Shown piece by piece: positions 1 to 13,134 of a stretch of DNA of 64,000 bases. The stretch's first letter is position 1. Every line of letters begins with the position of its first letter. Made by a program: the position numbers and the translations under genes. The notes under the pieces were generated by a model. That model did not search any database, was not told where the DNA came from, and saw only the letters and a program-made list of their open reading frames with translations. The stretch is from Octopus sinensis (taxonomy: Eukaryota): the NCBI RefSeq assembly GCF_006345805.1, contig NC_043000.1, forward strand, positions 19,778,001 to 19,842,000, written 5' to 3'.

Positions 1-416
1 ACTCTTCAGAGACAATCCCCTTCCTCCTCCTCAATCTAGGTAGAATAAAGTAAGAGTAATGGGAAGAGGACTTTGCGTATATATGTGTATATGTGTGTCT
101 ATGTATGTATGTATGTATGTGTTTTATATGAATGTGACGTAGCTTCTAGCTGTCATACACCATAACCCATTATGTCACACTATCAACAGCGTGTACACAT
201 GTGTGTGCATGTGTATCAGTATAGCCATGCGTGTGTTTGCTTAATACGTAAATGTATGCGTCGTGTGTGAGTATGTACGCGGCTTTATCGATGAGTGTAT
301 ATACGTGTGTCAGTATCAATGCGTTACACTGACAACAGCAGCAGCAACCGTCGCAGTACCAGCACTAGCAGCAGCAACAGCAACAGTATGTAGCAACACA
401 GCAGCAGCAGCCACCA

Positions 417-459
417 CCGCCATTTTGTCACCATCAACGACGCCGCTGTCGCCATCTTG
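417..459. promoter_or_regulatory. Two YY1-type motifs in a CpG-containing promoter-like region
   Basis: CCGCCATTTT at 417-426 and CGCCATCTTG at 450-459. Confidence 0.45.
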
Positions 460-1234
460 TAAATTCAACAGTCAAGATTCCCCTACGAGCTCTATATTAC
501 TAGTCGTATCTTTTTTTTTTTAATAAAAGACAACCCTCTCTATTATACTATAGTAAGGCAAGCCAGTGTAAAACAGGTTATAGATAGAGAGAAAAATAAA
601 TAGTAGATACTACTACTACTAGTCGTACTAAGACTAGTAGTACCTTCTTTTGTAATAAAGTTTGCACACCCATTTTTCCCTCCCTTTACAACCTTCTACC
701 TATCTATCTCTATCCCTCTTTACTACTCCGGTTATTCCTCTAGTATTTACTCTTACTTCCTCCCCTTACTATTCCTATTCCCCCTCCTTTTCTGCTTCTA
801 TTTTATCCATCTCCCTCCTGCATTACATACACACCCTTTCTGTTATACTATAACTTCTCCCATTCCTCCTTTGCGACTATCTCAGTAAAACACACTCTCT
901 CTCAGTCTCTCCGATTTATCCTCGCACACTCTCTATTGCACTATAGCTTTCATCAGTACCCCTCTGTATTTCCTCGTTACTCCTCCTTTCATTACTCATA
1001 CACATACTCTCTCTGTGTTTTAGTCTATCGCTCTCACTTCCCAGTCTATCTATCACTGTATCTCTCTCGCACACTCTCACTCTCTCTAACCAGTTCAGTT
1101 TAAGGGACGGCGGCTGTCTTAACTCTTATATTACATTACAACAGTAAAAGAAGCCAGCCACTGCTCACCTCACACCCGGCTTATTATTATTATTACAAAA
1201 TACCCCTTTTTTTTTTCCATTGATAATTAACACT

Positions 1235-1237
1235 ATG
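1235..1237 (+). CDS. CALM: Calmodulin distal alternative leader exon end (ATG only)
   Basis: cactATG|gtaagt, a consensus donor with A at -3, at the end of a long pyrimidine-rich leader-like tract (660-1230); phase 0 fits exon 2. Confidence 0.6.
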
Positions 1238-2384
1238 GTAAGTTGACACTTGTTTATTCTCTTCTTTTCAATCATTTCTTCAGTGTAACAATCAGTATTT
1301 CTTGTACAAAATGACACACACACATTTATATAGATTCGTTATCGTCTGCTGACATCTTGTTGCTTTTTTTTTCCCCCCTTCTTTCGCTTTTTACCGTTTG
1401 ATGGATGGAAAAAAAAAGAAAATTTTTCATTGAGACCAAGTCATCATAGATATATAAAGACAATTCGTACATATAAAATGTATCTTCGATCTTGTTTCAA
1501 TAAAAAAAATGAGGCGGGGAGACTTTTTTTCCTTCTCTTTCGATTCCATATTTCAACAATGTCTTCTCTCCTCAACCCATCAAGACCTTTATATATACAT
1601 ATAAAACATATATATATACCTATATATACATACATCTGTCCGTGTTATTTAATATATTAATTGCTAATTATGCGTGTGTATGTCGTATCATGCCATGGTC
1701 TTACAAATTTTTGAGAAATATTAGACAATTTGTGACAAAAAAAGGTCATCGAGTTCCCTCAACTGAGATCGAACCCAGATCTTACTGCTTGTTATGCATC
1801 CATATATATATATATATATGTATAATATTGTATGTGTCGGATATTTTGTAAGCTGATACATATTGTAAATGGACTTGGGATTAAATGGTGTTCAATATTT
1901 CGGCATCATACACGCTTAAGATAATTTAAACGCATATATATGTGTAGAATGTATGTAGAATGTAGCAGCTATATAAAATGACAGTCTGATTTTATACATA
2001 CCGGAGCAATTTTTTTTTCCTTTTTATATCGTGAGATGATTTCTTAAAATTTGTATGCGATGTCAGATATTATCAATCTTCATTTTGATATCACTGAAAT
2101 ACCTATATTATATATACGCAATATATATATATATATATATATATAATCTATATTTCCAAATATATAACCTGTATGACAATATGTATGTTGTGTATGTATA
2201 TATATATATATGCATCTATAAATTACTGAAGATATTCTTGTTGCTTACTTTGATTATATATATACACATAATCAGTTTGGTGTAATGTGTTGTGTATATA
2301 TATATATACATATTCCAAGCTTACTGGTATATTTTATTTTATATATACTCAGATATAAAATTCTCATACAGCTTGCTGTATATA

Positions 2385-2480
2385 CATACATATATATATA
2401 CAGCTTGCTGTATATACATATATATATATATATACAGCTTGCTGTATATACATATATATATATATACAGCTTGCTATATA
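2385..2480. repeat. Tandem array of TATACAGC-TT-GCTGTATA mini-hairpins
   Basis: Four copies (the last imperfect) separated by (TA)n. Confidence 0.85.
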
Positions 2481-2824
2481 TATATATATGTACTGTGAAA
2501 TATATACATATATATATATTTATACTGTGAAATTTGATTTAATCCTAAATCTAATTTTTCCCTGTAAGTTTGGATATACTCCCTTATTATATATATATAT
2601 TATTTATATATAATATATATATATGCATTATATATAGTCAGACAAATGAACATGTCTATTTTAAAACAGAGATATTTGATCTATTATTAGATTTTTTTTT
2701 TCTTGAATAACAAGATGTCACTTTTTTAAAAAATGGATGGGAACATTTTTTGTTTAAATGAAATTCCTCATTCAATAAACGACAGACTCAAATAATAAAA
2801 AAAATCCTTCGCATACATACATAC

Positions 2825-2860
<36 letters not shown>

Positions 2861-4031
2861 GTCTCTTTCTGTTCCTCCATTTCCATACATTTCACGACCA
2901 TAAGTGTTCTCGCATCTTCCTTTTCAAAATCTCACCATTACTGAGGCTATATATATATATTATGTATATATATATACCTACATACATAATATATATTTAT
3001 TCTAGCTTCCCGTGGCAGTTTTTCATTTTTTTTTAACGTAGATGGAATAAGAGATTTGTAATTACTAATGGCTTAAAAATGGGGAAAAAGAAGAAAAAAA
3101 TATTAATAATGGAGACGGGTTTGATCTTGTTTCTTGTATGTCTGTTATATAGCCAAGTAATAAAAGCCGGCTGAGTAGCACTTGAGAGTTGTTTAGCCCA
3201 TGTCAACCCTGTTCGGACAGACTTTATGGGTCAAAGACACTCCAGCTATGACCATCCTGTCTTTCTAGATGTATGTAAGAGTACATTGCCCGATGTGTTC
3301 TTTTTCGAGATGATTGTCTATGATTTGAGGGCGGTTTGACTGCTATTTCTAGCCGTTAGAATGACCACCAAGTGGCTCTTTCTCTCTCTCTCTCTTTCAA
3401 TGGCTCGTATAAGCACTTAGTTGTATGCATAGGGTGTGTGGGTTATATATATATATATATATATATATATTAGTCACATGTGTGTGTGTGTCTGGTTATA
3501 TAGTCGCATGAAATTGGTTGCGTGGTGATGAAAGACGTGGTTATAAGCGTTTAAAAAAGGCCACAGAATATGCTTAACATGAAAATAAAATGCCTATTGT
3601 AAGCAGATTGAAATCTGTGTTTTATATATGGATATGCGCATTTTAGGATATCCTAAGAATTTAAATTCTTCTCTGTGTAACCGCAGAAATTTAACAGGAT
3701 TTATTTCCATTTTATATATATATATATTTGCAGGGTTTCATTTATTTTACAACAGAAAACCCTAGTGGGGGGGGGGGGATATGACTATTTATTATAGCAT
3801 TTGAATGTCTAGCAAATATCTCCGTCTCTATAGAAATATGTGTGGGAGAAAAAAAAAATGTCTATTTTAAAATCCGCCACAACCGTCATAAATCCTCCCC
3901 AAAAATGTCCTTTTCTCTCGAGATAACATCTCTTCGATGACTGAAATTTGTCTACATTTCAAAAATCTGTATTCCATTTATCAATGACTGTATCCATAGA
4001 AACTGTCTATTATTTTATTTATACATATATA

Positions 4032-4063
<32 letters not shown>

Positions 4064-4065
4064 AT

Positions 4066-4290
4066 ATTAGGGAATAAATCCAAACTTACAGGGAAAAATT
4101 AGATTTAGGATTAAATCCAATTTTATAGTATAAATATATTATATTATATTAAATTAGAGATAAAACCACTATTAGGCAAGTTTAAATTATTTAAATATTT
4201 TTTTTTTATTTTTAAATTAATTTTATGTATTGGCTTATGTTTTTCACTGTTTGATTTGCCTAATAGTGGTTTTATCTCTAATTTAATATA
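4066..4290. repeat. Penelope-like terminus in (TA)n with a 34-bp perfect inverted repeat
   Basis: Arms 4146-4179 and 4256-4289; the first ~70 bp recur inverted at about 2530-2600. Confidence 0.6.
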
Positions 4291-4963
4291 ATATAATATA
4301 TATATACTCACACACATGTATGTATATAAACTTGGCGCTTAAAGTGCAGGTTGTTAAATGGAAATTTTTTTACATTTTTAATAAATTTTTTCAGATTTTC
4401 TCAAATTTATGAACATTTGACAAAATTTTTTCATTCAACTAGATTTTTTTTTTTTTACCTCAGATAAAATGCATATACTTTATTTTAAGGTTTTCATATC
4501 AGACCTAAAACTGTGCCGAACATGTTTCAAATGTAAAAATCCCGATGAGAAACCTTCCTGTAAAATGTGACTTTTTTTTTTCACAATGTGTAGATTACAT
4601 TATTTTAATTATTAAATCAACGTTTTGTTTTTGTGTGTGTGTAGGATAATTAGTTTCGTCTTGTGTATTATTTTCTGTTGGAGCAAAGAATTTAATATAT
4701 TTGTAAAATTGTATCATACTTTTGGATTCCATCATGGGAATGAATGCCTAACAGTTATATTATTAGCATTTCACTTGTTTCCCTCCTTTTATAAATACAT
4801 ATATATATATATATATATATATCGGTGATACATATATATAACTGAGGCGACTCTTTCATTCTCTGCGTTCTGAGAAATAAATGTCTTAACTTCCCTATAC
4901 ACAGGCTACATTTAGTAACTATGCGGTATGCGTGTGAATGTATGTATATATATATATATACAC

Positions 4964-5018
<55 letters not shown>

Positions 5019-5360
5019 ATAATAGCAAGTCATCAGCAGATGACGTATCAAGATATTTCTCTTGCTGGATATGTAAGAGGTCTTGTCGTATAGTGAACAG
5101 TTTGCCTTGTGGTGATGATGATAGTAGTAAATGTAGTAGGAAAGTTTCGGGTTCTATTAAAATTTTCAACTGTTGAAAATCCTCATGACTCCCGACGCTT
5201 CACATGGTAATGGCGGTTTCCTCCCTTTTTTCTTTTTGAGTTTTCTTTTTTCCTCCGTCTTCAAAAGCAAATGCCGAAATACATTGCTGCTGCTACTACT
5301 ACTGCTAATATAGTTGTGCAAACGATTTGCTGGAGTTAGCTACTTTATAGTTATGAGGCA

Positions 5361-5398
5361 ATAAATTTATAGGGTAGATATAAATTTATAGGGTAGAT
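5361..5398. repeat. 19-bp tandem duplication
   Basis: ATAAATTTATAGGGTAGAT x2. Confidence 0.9.
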
Positions 5399-6452
5399 GC
5401 CTATCGGTCACAAGTCAGTCCTGGTCGAGCAAGACCTACGTTTAGCCAAAGGCATTCCAGCCGTGGCCATATAATTTTTTTTTGCAGCAATAATGTATCT
5501 TCGAAAGCACTAGCTAGTGTCTTTTTTTTTTTTTAAGGTGGTAGGGTTGAGTGCCTATGTTGAAAATACCCTTGTTGGGTGTCTCTTGTCAGATTTAATT
5601 AAATGAACACAAGGGTTGTGTGTGCACCACCAGCTTTTTACACTTGAAGCGACGGTTGCATGTTGGTAGAAATTTTTAATTAGACTACTTAACAAGCAGT
5701 TAAAAAGCCGGTTTCAAAACCGTCCCTCACCATTACCCTTAATGTCGGTCAGTTGAGCTCATTTCAAGTGGTCACTGGTGGCTGCAGACTAGTTTTATTT
5801 TGTTTTTTGTTTCTGGTTTCACACGAATTGGCGGGGAGGCTTGTATTTTGGCGCTTTTCACTCGACTGTAATTGTGTTGGTTGGAGTGACAAGCCACCAA
5901 CCTTTCTGTATGATGCATTGTCTCCCCTCGGGTTAGGGACTTAAGATAGGAAGGGGGGTTGCTGACAAGTATTTAGCGGTTTTCTGGTTTTGTGTCCTAG
6001 TTATGTGACTTGTTTGGTTTCGTCAGTGGTAATATCATTCGTGTGTGGTATGTGTCACTGGTGCCGCTCGCACATACACACACACACGCAATGCTGACCA
6101 CATTAACATATGTTAATATCTCCTCTTCCTCATCCTCCTTCCAGCTGCTCTTTACAGCTACCTGTTATTTACTGCACTCACTGCCGGATCACGTCGCACT
6201 GCTCACAATTACCTTAACAGGGAGGTGTTGGTGAATGTTGCTGATATCATCGTATGGATTATTGGTTCGATTCTGGTTCAACACTTGTCGCAATGATCTA
6301 ATTTTTCCCTTCCGCTTCTTTCCCCTCCTCTGTTGCTTCATTATTACTGCAGCATCTAATTCGATCTAATGCTCTTAGCATAATCACAGCAGCCGACACA
6401 CTGCGTCACCGACGTTTCACCACTGCACCAGTGTCTCTGGCCCCTTCTGCCT

Positions 6453-6520
6453 CTCTACCACTTACCCTTTCTGTCTTCTCTACCACTTGCCCTTTCTGTC
6501 TTCTCTACCACATGCCCCTT
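6453..6520. repeat. 25-bp pyrimidine-rich minisatellite, ~2.7 copies
   Basis: CTCTACCACTT(A/G)CCCTTTCTGTCTT units. Confidence 0.85.
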
Positions 6521-6823
6521 ATATATATATATATAACTGTGTGTAGATATTTATATATTCAGTAGTTCCCCAATCTGCAGTTGGTGATGACAGTGTCAGT
6601 AGAGTAAGATCTGTACTGCTGTGTGACATAGTTCGATTCCCATCTGGTTATTGATTTGCAACTGCTGCTGCTGCTATTTCCATTGATTTTATTTGACTAG
6701 GGAGGCTACAGCTGCTTTATTGTTACTTTAGATCTTGTCTAATTCTGTTTAGCTTGCCTTACCCACCGCTACCTGCTCTTTTTTCACATACTACCCTTAC
6801 CATTAGCAACACGACATTCCGAC

Positions 6824-8216
<1,393 letters not shown>

Positions 8217-11200
8217 AACTGGTGAATTATTATTATAATTATTATATTATTATTATTATTACAAGCAAATTAAAGTTTATTCACACTGCAGTTTCATCCT
8301 GGCATCTCTCATTTCTGTATGTGTACAGCTCAAGGTCCTGTATTTAGTCGCACATTCAATTAAAAGATGTACCTGGGATGGTCTGTACAGTTATCTCTTC
8401 CCGGTAGTGGTGCTGTAAGATCACCAATTATGTCCCTATCCCATCTGACTACTTTCTCTGACCTAGTTCTGTAGACTCCACTATATCAAATTCATTTTTC
8501 CTTTCCTTCAAAGATGTAAAAAAAATTTCTGCCTTCCAGCCAAGCCAATCTCTTTGCTATCTTTTTCCATGCTGGTCCATCAGATCTCATTCAAATAAAG
8601 ATAACTGTAAATTAAGTGGTATTGTATTTTTTTTTTTTTTTTACCTTTTCTTTATTTTTTATCTTCTTCAAAGACAAGGAACAAACAAAATAGGTATATA
8701 TATATATATAAAACACAACATAAATTAGTTGCATAGTTGTTACAATGGAGTTTTAGTTTTCACATCATGGTCCTGATGTAGATTCTGCATTGACACTAAG
8801 TTAACAATTGATGCAGACTTTTTAGATTTAAGTAAGTTTCTATTTATTTGATAGGCAGGGGTGGGTGGGTAGGTATGCGTTATTTTATCTGTTGTTTCTA
8901 ATTAGTTACATTAGTAATAGGAATATTAGAAAAGTCCAAAGCTTCTTTTATAAATCTAAACAACTTACAGGCTGTTGACCGTTTTAATGTACTGATGGAC
9001 ACATGGGTGTTTCACACTTGTTTTAGAACTTTTGGAAATTGAAAACATGATGTACAGCATTAAAACACTAGATGGGCATGGCTGACTAGATTTCCCCTAA
9101 ACTACTTTGAATGTTTTTTCTCTTTTATGATGCGAGCAGCATCATTTTGTTACCATTTCCCAACTTGTGGGGATTACCATTTTTGGCAATTTTTTTATTT
9201 TTTTACTTGGTGAAAACTGGATATTTAGTTTTTCTCCTTGTTGTTGTCGTCATAAGTCAGCTTTTCATCTTATTCACTTGCAAATTTCTTTAAGTCAGTT
9301 TTAGTCTATTAACCTCGTCCTAGCACATTCTGCTTTTCATTTCGACTTACATTCTCTTTTCGAGACCACTACAGGTGAGAAGAGCTGCAATATCAAGGAT
9401 ATGCTACTTGGCCTTGCTTCTAACCGAGCAAGAAGTGGAGAAAAAGGAAAAGTCACATTACAAACATTCATCATTGTCATTTGAAGGAAACCAAACTGTA
9501 TCCAAAATAACTGATTACTTTTTCTTATAAAATTTTAGATTAAAATGACCAATACTGTCTAACCAGTTGTATGGTTGTTTGAGTTATCCATTAATTTCCT
9601 TTCCCCCCTCTTCCTCAGTACTTCTGTGCTCTTTGTCTTTTCTTCTAGCCCCCCCTTTCATCTTTTTTCTTTTTTTAATTTTTTTTCTTTTTTTCAATAT
9701 TTCCTGAGGTGGCAGCTATTTCTTAATGGTTGCTGCCTGATGGTTATTTGGGGAAATGTTGAAAGTTATTAATTTCCTGGCTGACAATTTGATTGTGGAA
9801 ATTAATACTGGAATCACTGACAAATAAGTCAAAGAATTTTTTTGGTGTAATTTTACGATGTTGTTTCCATGTGGGAAGTTTTCTGACAATATTGTATTTG
9901 TTGTCACTGCTCGCTATGAGAAATTTATATTGATATTGAATAATAAAAAACCAACAAAACAAAATTAAGTTCACATTTTGTATATGATTGGCAAAAAAAT
10001 AACAATGTCATGTGAAATAAATCTGACAAGATGTCAAGCATTGTCACTACTCCTTCTGTACAGATGCTTCTTGCTTCGGTCCACTTTGTTCTGTGGTGTG
10101 TTGTTTCACATCTGTTCTGTATAGCTTCAATTCTTAAAATCCTCACCTGCCACATTATACTTTCTTGAACAGCCTTTTTTTTAATTATAAGACTTCTTTT
10201 TTTTATTTTTATTTTTTAAATTCTCATCAAAACTTTTTTTTTCATAATCATTCTTAATTTTATTTTGTTTATTTTTTAATACATCCTAAATTTGATTGTG
10301 TGCAGGTGTGTAATATGGCAGGTTGTTGATTTTATGTTGCATGTGTTTGGTTTTACAAGTGCCATCTTATGACTTCCTGTTACAACTTTGTCACTAGAAA
10401 ATAAAAATCTTGTTGCTACTGCTGCTACTTACATTTTAGCACAAAATCTACATTATGTTGTATAGCGGGCAGTCTGAAACAAAAATATCATTAACTTATT
10501 CTAATTCATTTACATTGTAGACTTTTCTTTCTCTCTAGATGTATTTTAGAAACTAGAAAACCAGTTGTAGAACATTTTCCCCTTCTAATCAGACCGCAAT
10601 ATTAAGCTCTTCTCTGAACAGAATTATACTTGTAATATTAAACAGCAACATTTGAATAGAATATAACTGTTAATATGATTTGATGCCCTACAACAGTTTA
10701 ATAGTGAAGTGTTGCTTCCTTTTTCTTTTCTTCCTCTTTAACAAAACAAGGATGAAGTTAGCAGTTCCTTCCTGACTTATGAATTTTTGCTTTTTAATTT
10801 GAAAGTTTAATTAGTTACCACTATTTTTCTCTTTCTCCTTGTACCTCTTTGTTGGAGGTTGAGGATATTAGTTGTTACTGCCATTACTATTTCATTAAAC
10901 ACTCTAATATCTCCAGTGCTACCATCTGTTGAAACATTTCCACTGTCATCTATGCGTGTCTGAATTATATCATTTCTCAATGTGTTCTTATTGCTGTGTG
11001 TGAGCAGGAAATCTTGATGTGATCAGCACTTGTTGACTGACCCCTCCCCCTCCTCTCCACATTGCCTGTCCACGCACTTGACACTGCTGAAGGCTCCTGT
11101 TTCTACCAGTCTACAGCTTAACAATCATCTATTGCAAAGACTTGACTCATAATTGTTTACAAGTCAATCTGCTAGCATGAACTGTTTCATGTTGAAACAC

Positions 11201-12180
11201 ATTACTTCTACTCTTAACACACCCAGTTAACATTCCATTTTATTGCTGTTGTATTGCTATTCATTAGCTTCCAAGTGTGGGTGGGCAGGTCTCTAGTGAA
11301 TAAATATCCCCTATTATCTTGAAGCTTCATGTTCTCATAAGTTTCCACTCCAGTTTCATGAGTGCTGCTAAAGTGAAGCTGGGTGTTTGTGTACAGGAAC
11401 AGTTTTCACTCACAACTAGTAGTGATTATACAAGTGTGACTGTCAACTTCACTATTAGCAAGTAATTTGAGTAGATGATCTAGTAAGAAAACTATGCCTG
11501 CTTAAAGTTTTGTAATCACTCTCTATCTACTCTGTTCAGCCACATGGAAACTTAGCAAATTGAGTCATGCCATTTCTGCAGGAGAGCTTTGTATGGCTCT
11601 CAGTTAAACTTTGTGGGTATTTTGTATTTTATTCGAGTAATGACTTATCTGTCTATTTAGGCTGCTCAATTCGCTCAGTTGTCATATAACATTTGTGAAC
11701 ATTTGACATTTTATATTGCATTTGGTGAACAGTAGTATCAGTTGTAGGTTTGTAAAGAGAAATCATTGGTTTACTAACATAGAAGTGTCTGCAACTTGCT
11801 GCAGGACATATAGTGCAAAATCCGGTTTTCTTATATAGGTGTGCATTTATCAGTTTCCAAATAATAAATTCCACTCACAAGGTAATTGGTCAGCTGGAGG
11901 CTATGATGTATAACATGCAGTGGGGCTGAACTTAGAACTGCAATTCTGAGTTCAACTGAGTAATTCTACAAAAGTTGTACAGTCATTTAGGAATAATGAA
12001 AAATATTCTGATACTAATATTAAGTAGTACTCATCATTGAATTATTAAAGACAAAACGTTTCAAAAAAGAATACATGTTCTGAACAGTCATTTTCTTTTA
12101 TGAAAATATTAAATGTAAAACTGATCAGAAATTTTTATTTAAGGTATTTTAATAAATTATATATCTAAATTGTTTTTTGA
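8217..12180 (+). other. Putative long calmodulin 3' UTR with several poly(A) signals
   Basis: No SINE, LINE or long microsatellite recognised; AATAAA at 8594, 9942, 10016, 10400, 11299, 11863 and 12151, the last followed by a T/GT-rich tract. Confidence 0.55.
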
Positions 12181-13072
12181 GTACTGTTTAATGTTGGTTG
12201 TACAAAATCTATTTTCATTATTGTTTTTTGGTCTGAACTATACAACTTTTGTACAACTGCAAATTTCATCACTATCAAAAAACACAACCATACCACTTAA
12301 CACCTAAATAATGTCACAGGTAAAAATCATGAGGTTCTTTGGAATCTCTTGGTGACCAACCAAAGCAGTATCACACAAGTTGGATTTCTTTCATTGCCAA
12401 AAAAAACAACAGTAGCTGGTCTTACACACCAAACACTGGAGTATTTACTAACATTCTGAAATGTAAAATGTATAATACAAAAGCTTGCTGTCCGATAAAT
12501 GAAATCTACATTCAACCATTGTCCAATTCTTGCCTGTCTTTTCAACTATCCCTACCTAAACTTGCCCAACATGCTGAGTATTAAACACTATAACTGATCC
12601 GTCCTCTCAGATATTTCACTGGCTATTAATCTCACCCAGTTACTACAATGTCGTGGCTGTACAGTATCTTCCCAGCCTAAATGTTAAATGTAATGTTGGC
12701 TACTGATAGGCTAAAATAAAATGCAAATGCCTCCCAATATCTAGATTTAGTGTTGTACTAGTGTGATCTATTTTCCTCTGGATAAACCAAGTCCATCATA
12801 ACATACCACAATTGGAGTAAGGTAATGAATACTGTAATAAGAATATTATCTGATAGATAACATCACAGGTTGATGTTTCTGTTTTTGAAATGAAGTCATC
12901 TATAAAATGTCTAGCATACTACAAAGACTGAGAAAGGACTATCACAGGTAACACCCCCATATCACGCATGACAGTTTTGTGAATTGAAGTGATGTAGAAT
13001 AAAGTATTCTATCAAGAAATGAAACAACAGATTTAAATTCCTGGCCTATGCGCAATACATTATTTAATCAGC

Positions 13073-13134
13073 CACCTTGTTAATTGTACTGTTGATGTGG
13101 AGACACCTTGTTAATTGTACTGTTGATGTGGAGA
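13073..13134. repeat. 31-bp perfect tandem duplication
   Basis: CACCTTGTTAATTGTACTGTTGATGTGGAGA x2. Confidence 0.92.

Noticed and set aside
11582-11610. Alternative calmodulin last exon (ELCMALS*)
   Set aside because: Weak acceptor, little similarity to helix H and no supporting evidence.
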